From Candidatus Uhrbacteria bacterium (GTDB lineage: Bacteria > Patescibacteriota > Patescibacteriia > UBA9934): a DNA stretch of 64,000 bases. The DNA lies in assembly GCA_943350635.1 (NCBI GenBank), contig CALRAI010000001.1:4051-68050 (forward strand), given 5' to 3'. Under the pieces are notes generated by a model. It saw only the letters and a program-made list of their open reading frames with translations. It ran no database searches and was not told the origin of the DNA. Positions 10,252-18,863 of this stretch are shown here, in pieces; position 1 is the stretch's first letter, and the number at the start of each line of letters is the position of its first letter. A program made the translations under genes and the position numbers.

Positions 10252-10842
10252 CTATGAACTTCTGTTCTGTTCCGATTCATTGAGTACAAAACTAGCCCAT
10301 TGCGCTTTCATTTCTTGTTCTAAGAAATAATGACATGACCCAAAATAGCCGCGACAATACTTTTCGGTCAACCGAAGAAACAGAGGAGCTTTTACCTCGA
10401 TCATGAAACGACGGGCTTCTGGCGAAAGACCCTTAGATTGACGGAGGTTATCAGTCAAATCAGCCAGTTTTATACGCCAAGCATCTTCATCGTCCGCTTC
10501 GATCAATTTCGCCGTCATCAGCATCCAGCGCTCAGTGGAGTTTTCTATATCGAGCGGATGAGTGCCGAGTGCCACAAAGTGAATGGTTCGGTCAGTGAAT
10601 CCCATATCTCTAAGTTCCTGAAAGGAAACACCTCCATCTTCGACGACATCATGGAGTAATGCAGCAAGAAACAAGTCATCGTCGCAATCGTCACAATGGT
10701 GGCACGAAATAACGAGATCTCTCACTCGAAAGGAATGCAGATAGTTCGGTTCGTCTGGTAAGCTTTTACGAGTACCCTGAATACGCTCGCGAACGAGCGT
10801 CTCTGCCCTCCCTTTCAATTCTAAATACTGTGTGAGTTCCAT
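10252..10842 (-). CDS. HD-domain small alarmone hydrolase-like protein (SpoT/Mesh1-type HD)
   Basis: HSFRVRD…AALLHDVVEDGG…FG matches the (p)ppGpp hydrolase HD motifs H…HD…D of RelA/SpoT. 196 aa with no synthetase domain. Confidence 0.55.
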   Translation of the reverse strand: MELTQYLELKGRAETLVRERIQGTRKSLPDEPNYLHSFRVRDLVISCHHCDDCDDDLFLAALLHDVVEDGGVSFQELRDMGFTDRTIHFVALGTHPLDIENSTERWMLMTAKLIEADDEDAWRIKLADLTDNLRQSKGLSPEARRFMIEVKAPLFLRLTEKYCRGYFGSCHYFLEQEMKAQWASFVLNESEQNRSS

Positions 10843-11134
10843 ACAAAATACGTGAAGAATAAACGCAAAAGCGATTGAGAGATATGACCCAGATTGCTCT
10901 GGATGAAATCTCCCAACCGCTTAATGCAGTCAGTTCTCACATCGCTTGTGGCTCTCAGCAGATTTCCCTGATTGCCTACCCTCTTGGAGGGAGTGATGTG
11001 GGTGTTCGTCTTTACGACGGACGCACCTCTTTGCTCTTACTTCTTCACTATAACTGAAAAATGGGGTTTGGTCAAAGCATCCCAGTAAGCTAGAGTGATG
11101 TTTCGCTAATTTTATTCAGAGACTTTGTACTGGA

Positions 11135-12583
11135 TTATTCAATGCTTCCAGATGGTAGCTTTGTAAGATCTGTATTCGTTATACCCAAACCAAGCTCGCG
11201 CATGATTGAATACGCAGCTGAACCATCTTTCATGTAAACGCGAGTGCAAGTAGCCGGATCAACGTACCAAGCCTCTCCATGTTGCTCTACCTGAAGAAGA
11301 ATTGTTCCCCTCACTTGATTCGCGATTTTATTAGTTAGGCACACGTTTGGAGCATCTTTAATATCGGCAGCTTCCTCGACCGAGGGAATTGTTTCTAGAT
11401 CTTTATTGGTAATACCAAGGCCGAAGGATCGCATCATGTTATACGCGGTGGTTCCATCTTTCATATAATAACGTAGCGAATCTGATGGATAGATGTACCA
11501 TGCCTCGCCATGCTCTTCTACCTGGAGCAATATTGATCCTGAGAGGCGCTCAACTAAAGCCGTATCTAACTTTTCTGGGTCATAAGCTCCTGCAAGATCT
11601 ATATCTGTTGACGATGAGGAATCTATCGATTCGGTGTCAGTAGTATCTGTACTGACAGTCGCTGATGGTGTCGGAATGGAATAACTATACGTCCAGTAAT
11701 AATAACTGCTTCTATTTCCGTAGAGGTCTACTGCAGAGACATTAAGATAGTAGGTTCCTGGGCCATAAAGGGTCGCGAGACTGCCATTTGTGGTTTGATA
11801 TGTTCCGTACGTATAGGGATCTTGAGCGCTTGTTCCGAGATAAACATAATAGCCTGCAACCCCGCTCGCGTCTGATACCCCCTGCCAAGTGAAAAAGGGA
11901 GTCGAATCAGTTCCTGACTGCCAAGAACCAAGAGTTGACGCTGATGAATCTGCATAAACAGAAGCCGTGGCACTCGAAAAATCGGGTGCAGTAATGTCGG
12001 AATATGTATATGAAGAAGATGTGCTAGTCGAGATTGAATCAGAACTCCAGACCCGACATTCATCGTCCGAGTCAAAAAGATAGATTGTGTCGGAAATACC
12101 ATCAAGCGAATAACCTCCAATATCAATATAAATGTATTTATTTTCGTATCGCCACATGCTTAAACATCCAATCCCATACTCTACAAGGTAGTCATAACCT
12201 GATGTATCTTCAACTAAAATTTGATCAGATCCGATATCACTGAGTATGAAATATTTTTTTAAGTTTAGGGAATCAACCGAATTCACCGTACAGGCCTTTG
12301 TATCAAACATACCTTGAACAAGAATCGTATTTCCATATCCCGGAGAATAATAGGTATCAATCCAAAATGTCTCTCCAGTAGAGAAGTCAGAACTTGAGCA
12401 ATCCCAGGAATAGCCGATTTTATAATAAGATCCGTAACCGTCAGCGATAACTAGATCGTTGTAGGAGCTGCTCAATACTACAAAACCCTTAAGATTAGAT
12501 GCGAAAACATTCTTAATAGGCGCCAATATTGTAACCAGAATGCAGACAACGACTATCTGTAACTTAAAATTATTCATATACAT
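11135..12583 (-). CDS. secreted repeat protein with two C-terminal ~50-aa tandem repeats
   Basis: Signal peptide. Ser/Thr/Tyr-rich FN3-like middle region. C-terminal repeats SILLQVEEHGEAWYIYP…LGITNKDL and TILLQVEQHGEAWYVDP…LGITNTDL. Confidence 0.55.
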   Translation of the reverse strand: MYMNNFKLQIVVVCILVTILAPIKNVFASNLKGFVVLSSSYNDLVIADGYGSYYKIGYSWDCSSSDFSTGETFWIDTYYSPGYGNTILVQGMFDTKACTVNSVDSLNLKKYFILSDIGSDQILVEDTSGYDYLVEYGIGCLSMWRYENKYIYIDIGGYSLDGISDTIYLFDSDDECRVWSSDSISTSTSSSYTYSDITAPDFSSATASVYADSSASTLGSWQSGTDSTPFFTWQGVSDASGVAGYYVYLGTSAQDPYTYGTYQTTNGSLATLYGPGTYYLNVSAVDLYGNRSSYYYWTYSYSIPTPSATVSTDTTDTESIDSSSSTDIDLAGAYDPEKLDTALVERLSGSILLQVEEHGEAWYIYPSDSLRYYMKDGTTAYNMMRSFGLGITNKDLETIPSVEEAADIKDAPNVCLTNKIANQVRGTILLQVEQHGEAWYVDPATCTRVYMKDGSAAYSIMRELGLGITNTDLTKLPSGSIE

Positions 12584-12976
12584 AATTTAAATCTCTAGTA
12601 ACTCTTATCCAAAGTTTTTTAACCAATCATGAAAGTCTCGAATGATGGGTTTTCGCTTTCCAAGCTGTATAAACAAATGATCCTGACGAGCATCTTCTTC
12701 CTTTTGTTTTTGATCCCTTTCTTCTACAGTTTTCCGATATTCGATTTCACCGCGCAATAAAGCACGTCTCTCGGAACGGCAATGACCAGGTTTTATATAA
12801 AGAGTGCGTAAAACTTCTCAGGAAAAGAAATTTTCACACTCACGACATCCTATTTCTTTTGGGATTTTTCCCTCAGAAAACCACATCTGTGATTCATCAA
12901 TCTCATCATTACAAGCCGGACAGAGATATGTTGCGACTTGGAAAATAACCATATATAGGCTGGCGTAATTGATCGT

Positions 12977-13231
12977 TTATAAATTGTTGAAAAATCTTAC
13001 AACGATTGAGCCAAGATGGCTTGCAATAACGAATGCAATAATCATGCTTCCAAATCCAACAATCAAAACTAGCGCACTTTTTAAAACATTTGGCTTCTCT
13101 CCCTCAATAACAAGTCCTTCTATTTGTTTTTCAGAAGTCGGTTTCGCTTCTACTCCACAAGATGAACAGAATCTTGCGTTATCTATAGTTTTCTCTCCAC
13201 AATTCCTACAAAACATATATTTTACAAGCAA
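12977..13231 (-). CDS. zinc-ribbon membrane protein (small)
   Basis: CRNCGEKTIDNARFCSSCG double CxxC motif followed by a TM helix. Confidence 0.45.
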   Translation of the reverse strand: MLVKYMFCRNCGEKTIDNARFCSSCGVEAKPTSEKQIEGLVIEGEKPNVLKSALVLIVGFGSMIIAFVIASHLGSIVVRFFNNL

Positions 13232-13758
13232 TCAGCTTTACTAAATGATGCAAAATAACTTTGTCCCGTTTCACTGACCACATATGAATATTCCATATTT
13301 ATATCTCGGTTCAAAAGACTTTTTGTGTCACTATTTTGACAGAGACTTGTTCCAAGATAATTTTTCAAATATGCGTTTGAAAGACTGCTCGTATCCGCGC
13401 CAGTAAGGGTGTAATGATAACGAATAGCCCCGGGCTCTGCTGTAATGTCAGTAAGTGTTGTTAATTCATCCGTATGATACGGCAATGGCATGCTAGCCTT
13501 TGTTTGCCTAACTGTCTCGCTAATGAGTTCAGCTTTTGATGTGTTGCTTATGGAAGACGAAGAGATTCCTTGTGTTAAATAACGACCTACGCCGATTGCC
13601 AATATAGAAACGATAACAGAAATTACGCTAATAAACGTGGATTTTCTTTTTGTTCTTTCGACAGAGATGGCGGTTGATCCAGTAACAACTTTTTCTCCAC
13701 ATTTATTACAGAATTTTGCACCATCCTCAAGTTTATTGCCGCATTTTTTGCAATTCAT
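13222..13758 (-). CDS. zinc-ribbon membrane protein with extracytoplasmic domain
   Basis: MNCKKCGNKLEDGAKFCNKCGEKV, then a TM helix and a ~110-aa outside domain. Overlaps its neighbours, so operon-like. Confidence 0.5.
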   Translation of the reverse strand: MNCKKCGNKLEDGAKFCNKCGEKVVTGSTAISVERTKRKSTFISVISVIVSILAIGVGRYLTQGISSSSISNTSKAELISETVRQTKASMPLPYHTDELTTLTDITAEPGAIRYHYTLTGADTSSLSNAYLKNYLGTSLCQNSDTKSLLNRDINMEYSYVVSETGQSYFASFSKADCL

Positions 13759-13767
13759 AAAATATTG

Positions 13768-14088
13768 TTAGTAATCAAATGTTTCTTCGCAAACATACAA
13801 TCCGTTAGAACTATCGGGTACTTTACAATTCTTTCCGCACTCAAAGTCGTCGCTCGAATTATTTCGTTGCTGTTTTAGATTTGTAGCCCAGGAAAGACAT
13901 GAGGCGCGATCATCAAATTGCGGACTGTAAATGTATTGGTCTGTGCAAGCCAAGCAGCCATCAGGATAATAAAAACCGAGCCACGTTTCTTTTTGGGAAA
14001 GACAGCCTGCGCCAGACAAAAGCAAGGTGAGAATGAAGAGGGGCACGATTAGCGATCTTTTCATACTACTTCGATATATAGCTTCCAA
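13768..14088 (-). CDS. small secreted Cys-rich protein
   Basis: Signal peptide and 6 Cys residues. 106 aa. Confidence 0.4.
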   Translation of the reverse strand: MEAIYRSSMKRSLIVPLFILTLLLSGAGCLSQKETWLGFYYPDGCLACTDQYIYSPQFDDRASCLSWATNLKQQRNNSSDDFECGKNCKVPDSSNGLYVCEETFDY

Positions 14089-14992
14089 TAGCGGACTGTA
14101 GGAATGCGACGGCCTGCACGATGACGAAAATAAGCACCGGATTAATATCGACGAATAAACTTATAAACCAAGATATCACGAAAGTGAGGAGGAGGGATTT
14201 TATGATAGTTTGCATCGTCCAGCCCCCGCTGTGCTCTACTTTTGGCTTCTCCCTCTGATCGAGCAAGAATTCCAGATGCTTCAGTATTTCCGAACTGTTT
14301 CTGAATTCAAATTGGGAAATTCCGCAAAACTCTTGAGAACCCTGCTCAAAGAGCAGATCGTCAAAATTCTTTTTTACAAAATCAGCCTTTTCTTCTCGTT
14401 CACTATCTGAAAGATCTTCAGTTTTCTTGAACCAAATATTCTTTCCGTATTCGCTTTCCACGATTTGTAAGTCTGAGTCTGTGGCGTCCTTCACTTTATC
14501 CTCTATTCTATTTAAACCCATCTTTATCCTTTCGACCGTCTGCCTTAAATACTTTCTATAATCCTCTCGCGAGAGAGAATCCGAATGAAGAGAAAGGATG
14601 AAAAAGATCTCAGCATAAGACACGGCTAGATTTAACTTTTGCCATTCGATCTCCTTATTCAATCGCTCGAGAAGTTCTTTGCGATGGTACTCGGAGGGTG
14701 CCTCCAAGATGGACTCTAGCACTACGCCGTCTTTCACTTCTTCCTTTAGGGGCGGCTCGATGGATTTGTATTTTAAGCGAACGAAGACCTCAATCGGGTT
14801 TGTGTTTATTTTGTATTCGTAAATCTCGTTTATATAAAAACAGTCGTCATTTATGCTCCTGTGAGAATCGAATTCTTTCCTTTCTGGATAAAAGGTTAGG
14901 GTCAATGAGCTCCAATCATCATCAATTGAAATAGTCCTGTCTTCATCCATGACTTCAATGTTTGGAATGCTCATATTTATTTTGCAGTGCAA
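14066..14992 (-). CDS. hypothetical protein with C-terminal membrane anchor
   Basis: Charged coiled-coil-rich soluble region with a double TM at the C-terminus. Overlaps the flanking genes. Confidence 0.45.
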   Translation of the reverse strand: MHCKINMSIPNIEVMDEDRTISIDDDWSSLTLTFYPERKEFDSHRSINDDCFYINEIYEYKINTNPIEVFVRLKYKSIEPPLKEEVKDGVVLESILEAPSEYHRKELLERLNKEIEWQKLNLAVSYAEIFFILSLHSDSLSREDYRKYLRQTVERIKMGLNRIEDKVKDATDSDLQIVESEYGKNIWFKKTEDLSDSEREEKADFVKKNFDDLLFEQGSQEFCGISQFEFRNSSEILKHLEFLLDQREKPKVEHSGGWTMQTIIKSLLLTFVISWFISLFVDINPVLIFVIVQAVAFLQSAIGSYISK

Positions 14993-15873
14993 TGCTCGCT
15001 TAAGTAGTCATTGTACTTTTCAATTTGCTTATTATAAACGTCTATTTTGATCCGAAGAATATTTTCATCAGCTTGGTATAATCTCAAATCACCATTATAT
15101 TTGTCGACGAGTGAATTGTGCATTTCTATTTCAAAATCATCCGTCGAATCATAAATGTCATTTTCTATTTGTTTACGGAAAATATTCAAGTCAGCATCCT
15201 TTTGATCAAGAGACTTTCTTTCCAAAGATAACTCGGTACGCACAGTTTCTATTGGGGCCAGAATATCGGATTGTTCTGCGAAATAATTCGTACAATTATA
15301 TTCTCCTACCGTTACCATATCGTCATTCAGAATAGGATTAGAATTCACGGAATCAGTGCTGATTCCCGATAGACCGCCACCGAAAGATATCAAAGCGATT
15401 GCATAAATAGCGTCGAACCAGAAAATGCGCAATTTGTTCGCGATCCAGATCAAGACGACTAAAGGAAATGCGAGATAGTATAGGGGGCTTCCCCCGTTTT
15501 TGATCGCATTTTTACTAGAGCTATGAATATGCTCCATATCGTGATCACTTGGAAAGGAATGCATTCCCACCGAGATCGCTAGCCAAAGCAAAAAATACCA
15601 AAGGCCGCTTCCTGAAATTGCATTAGCTGCGATGAAGCTCAAGGCTACTGTACCTATTGAGTTCACCAATAACGGTCCGACAGAGATCCAGAAAGTCTGC
15701 TTGTATGTCTTTGGTTCTTCGTGTGAAACGTATCCTGCTGGATTTCCAAATTGAAAATAAACGACTTTATGGACACGAACGCCAAGATGATCGCAGAATA
15801 TTTTATGCGCCCATTCATGAACAACCACACCCGGGAACGTCAATAAAGAAATGAGCCAGCCAGGTATAAACAT
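14977..15873 (-). CDS. membrane zincin-like protein (HExxH in first TM; DUF3267/M50-like) with C-terminal coiled coil
   Basis: VVVHEWAHKIF motif inside the N-terminal hydrophobic region. At least 4 TM helices. Asp/His-rich loop. Coiled-coil tail. Confidence 0.45.
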   Translation of the reverse strand: MFIPGWLISLLTFPGVVVHEWAHKIFCDHLGVRVHKVVYFQFGNPAGYVSHEEPKTYKQTFWISVGPLLVNSIGTVALSFIAANAISGSGLWYFLLWLAISVGMHSFPSDHDMEHIHSSSKNAIKNGGSPLYYLAFPLVVLIWIANKLRIFWFDAIYAIALISFGGGLSGISTDSVNSNPILNDDMVTVGEYNCTNYFAEQSDILAPIETVRTELSLERKSLDQKDADLNIFRKQIENDIYDSTDDFEIEMHNSLVDKYNGDLRLYQADENILRIKIDVYNKQIEKYNDYLSEHCTAK

Positions 15874-15901
15874 ATTTTATTAACCTTACAATAACAGAAA
15901 A

Positions 15902-16042
15902 CACAAAGCCCGCCGCTAGCCGACACCTTGCGGTGTCCATACCCCTTTCGAGATATGACCATACAAAGGAAGCTGAACGACGGGTTCAGTACTTTGTATG
16001 GGTTTACTGCCATACCTCACGGTTGATCCGAGAGGGTTAGGC
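15902..16042. ncRNA. conserved structured element, copy 1 (nested hairpin CCATACAAAG…CTGAACGACGGGTTCAG…CTTTGTATGG)
   Basis: About 140 nt, alignable to 40373-40516 with compensatory changes in the outer stem. Lies in a divergent intergenic region of the island. Strand and function unknown. Confidence 0.4.
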
Positions 16043-16098
16043 AAATTCAATTTTCGAACGTTGTTATTATGGAATTTTTCGGCTAACGTTGTCAAAGA

Positions 16099-17010
16099 GT
16101 GAGGTTTATCGAAAGCTGTTTCGCGAACAAAGAATGCGTATTTATGAAGAATGCAAAAATAGTAATTGATGATTATTCCATTAGCCTATACACATCTCAT
16201 CTTAAGAGAGGAAATTACCGTGTCGGGGAAGTGATGCAGATATTGCTCTTGAGAAGCGACTTTAATGATTTTATATTGCGGTTAGAGTTGAGTGGACTTA
16301 CCCAGGTGGTGCCAAGTTCCGAAAATGAAGACAGTTGGATACATAACGGCATAATTACGCATAAACGTGTCGATGGCTATCTAGCGATAATATTGCAAAC
16401 TGATTTCTTTAAAAATCGTACAGAAATTTGGTTAATGAACTTTACCTCCATCGCAAAAAGAATACTCATAGAGTCCTACGCACGAGGAAGTGCTATGAAA
16501 TTGAGTCACAATGCGGAAGAAAAAATTGTTATTTCAAGCGATGATATTAACTACCCGAATATTTTATATTCATTGATTGAGATAGATGACGGCTTTCGTA
16601 AGATTCTAGATACGAATAAATTTGAGCAGGAACCGGATATGATGCCCATTTTTATAGAGAATGGTCGATTTTTTGAAATCAGCATCAATGCTCAAGTTAC
16701 GAAACCAGAGCTTATAAGTTTTATCGAAAAAAACTGGAGTGAAATAGAAAGAGATGTAAGGGGACGAAATCCTTCAGAAAAGAAAGAGAGAGCATCAAGT
16801 TCTTCAAATTTCTTACGTGATATTAAAATACTTAATAAATATAATGATTTTAAGAATGAAGGTTTTAAAAATCCGGATGTAAAAGTATTTTCCTGGTTAT
16901 TAAAAGAGGATCAGATAGAAATTGAGCCGAATACTGTGCGAAAAATAGTATCGAATCTTAATAAATCAATAAGAATGTTAAATAGCGATTCTTTAAAGGA
17001 TAAAATCTGA
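16099..17010 (+). CDS. hypothetical protein
   Basis: 303-aa ORF with a GTG start (an ATG at 16144 is an alternative). No motif recognised. Confidence 0.45.
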   Translation: MRFIESCFANKECVFMKNAKIVIDDYSISLYTSHLKRGNYRVGEVMQILLLRSDFNDFILRLELSGLTQVVPSSENEDSWIHNGIITHKRVDGYLAIILQTDFFKNRTEIWLMNFTSIAKRILIESYARGSAMKLSHNAEEKIVISSDDINYPNILYSLIEIDDGFRKILDTNKFEQEPDMMPIFIENGRFFEISINAQVTKPELISFIEKNWSEIERDVRGRNPSEKKERASSSSNFLRDIKILNKYNDFKNEGFKNPDVKVFSWLLKEDQIEIEPNTVRKIVSNLNKSIRMLNSDSLKDKI

Positions 17011-17133
17011 TACTCAACATTTTGTGCTAAATAAAATCGGCTATCTTTTCACGATTTCGTGAATTAATCTGGCTGCTTAAATTCGAACGACGTTCTATTT
17101 TTATAAAAGTACTCTCTCAAAGTACTTTTAATT

Positions 17134-17403
17134 TTGTTTATGCGTATGCAAGCAATATCGACAAATGACACGTTTCCTTCCCGCGATTGGGTACTTATCG
17201 CAACCCTCTCCTCCCTCGGCTTCCCGATTGAAGCCGTGGAGCAAGACTCACAGGCTCGGACAATCTTTCACATACAGCGCTCCGACAGCCTGGACGACGT
17301 TATACAGCGATTCTGGAGGCGTGAGCTGCGTGTTGAGCCTCAGGAGTTCAACCAGCACATGAAGCTCGTGAAGGCTCGCATGTATGACGCTAAGATTTTC
17401 TAA
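17134..17403 (+). CDS. hypothetical small protein
   Basis: 89-aa ORF preceded by the palindrome AAAAGTACT-N7-AGTACTTTT at 17096-17121. Confidence 0.35.
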   Translation: MFMRMQAISTNDTFPSRDWVLIATLSSLGFPIEAVEQDSQARTIFHIQRSDSLDDVIQRFWRRELRVEPQEFNQHMKLVKARMYDAKIF

Positions 17404-17427
17404 GACATTCAAAATTAATGCGTATAT

Positions 17428-17979
17428 ATGGCGAGAAAAAGAATGCTTCACGCAAAGATCTGGGACAGCAATCAATTCAACTCATTAAAACCACTACTTC
17501 GTTTACTTTACATAGGTTTGGTCACTATCGCGGATGACTATGGCTGTTTTCGTGCAGAGGGCACGTTTCTCAGGCGAAAGCTGTTACATTCAGACAGGAT
17601 TAGCCCGGCACAAATTGATGCAATGTTGCAGAAAATTAACGAAGTTGGATTGATTGAATATCGTCAAACAGAATTCGGTTCCATCGGCATTCATCCGAAG
17701 TGGGACACGTATCAGAAGCTCCGTAAGGACATTGCTAGGTCTAGCGACTTTCCTGACCTCGACGTATACGCCATGGATCTGCCATGGCTACGTGACGTCA
17801 ACATAAGAGAAGACAAGATAAATAAAGAAAGCTCAGAATCAGGGGAAGAAAAGAGAATTGAAATTAGTGAAAGAGAACTTGCGCCGATCTTCTCCGGAAG
17901 AGAGCAGACAGAGCGGGCTCTGGCTGCATTCAAGAAGAAACAGAAAGAGAAACTGAATCCATTCTCTGATCTTCTATGA
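17428..17979 (+). CDS. hypothetical protein (possible winged-helix DNA-binding/replication-associated)
   Basis: ORF immediately upstream of the xis/int module. The assignment is speculative. Confidence 0.4.
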   Translation: MARKRMLHAKIWDSNQFNSLKPLLRLLYIGLVTIADDYGCFRAEGTFLRRKLLHSDRISPAQIDAMLQKINEVGLIEYRQTEFGSIGIHPKWDTYQKLRKDIARSSDFPDLDVYAMDLPWLRDVNIREDKINKESSESGEEKRIEISERELAPIFSGREQTERALAAFKKKQKEKLNPFSDLL

Positions 17980-18533
17980 GTAAAAACTCTTGTGACGATT
18001 ATCAGAAATTATCAGTGTATCGGCTTCGGGATTTTGGATGCTTTTCATACTCTTCTTCGCATGATCTCTCCTGGGGGAAAGGTGAAAATCGGAGCAGTAT
18101 CGGCCTCACCACCTTCCTTGAAGACGATCCTATAAGAATGAGGCTCAGCTATATCTACTCCAGCCGATACAGTGATCGAAAGCTATCGGTGGACGATGAT
18201 GTTCTACTATCAAAAACTCAATGTCATTTCGGTGGCGTTCGTTGGTGGATGCATTGCCCGGTGCTTCGTAATAGCCTGCCATGTAATCGACGTACCGCAA
18301 TTCTTTTCATGGTTGGTGGCCGATTTGGATGCAGAGATTGCCATGATCTTACCTATGAAAGCCGAAAGATCAGGCCATCGCTACGGCCGTATCTCTCACT
18401 TCTTATACCAATGACCCTCGATCAAAAGTATGCACGTTCCCGATACTGGAAAGGGCGAAAAACCAAGCGAACTCGAAGAATAGATGCAAAGTGGGATGCG
18501 TGGGAAGAACCAACGGGATTAATGAACTTCTAA
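17976..18533 (+). CDS. hypothetical Cys-rich (zinc-binding?) protein
   Basis: CHFGGVRWWMHCP…CNRR…CRDCHD cysteine/histidine cluster. Overlaps the upstream gene by 4 nt. Confidence 0.4.
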   Translation: MSKNSCDDYQKLSVYRLRDFGCFSYSSSHDLSWGKGENRSSIGLTTFLEDDPIRMRLSYIYSSRYSDRKLSVDDDVLLSKTQCHFGGVRWWMHCPVLRNSLPCNRRTAILFMVGGRFGCRDCHDLTYESRKIRPSLRPYLSLLIPMTLDQKYARSRYWKGRKTKRTRRIDAKWDAWEEPTGLMNF

Positions 18534-18614
18534 TTATTTCGATCGTGTAGAATGGGAGCGTTGCTCATTGAGGAAGAAATTCCTCCCTGGAACGTCGCTC
18601 CTTAACAACTAAAT

Positions 18615-18863
18615 ATGACCAAAGATGAAAATCTCGCTTCTGAGAGTAGTTTTCTGAATCCACTTGAACTCGCTGAACTGCTACGACTCTCGCGTGCTAG
18701 CGTGTACCGCCTCGTGGAAAGGCGAAAGATCAGCTTCCATCGATTACCGAGAGGATTGCGGTTTAGTAGAAGAGATATTGATGGCTACTTACAGAAATGC
18801 AGGGTTGAATCTTTGGAGGATGTATATGAGCGCGAGAAAAATAAGACAAAGCTGGTGGGTTGA
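18615..18863 (+). CDS. xis: excisionase/AlpA-family HTH DNA-binding protein
   Basis: LELAELLRLSRASVYRLVERRKISFHRLPRGLRFSRRDIDGYL is a typical Xis/AlpA HTH_17. Directly precedes the integrase. Confidence 0.6.
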   Translation: MTKDENLASESSFLNPLELAELLRLSRASVYRLVERRKISFHRLPRGLRFSRRDIDGYLQKCRVESLEDVYEREKNKTKLVG

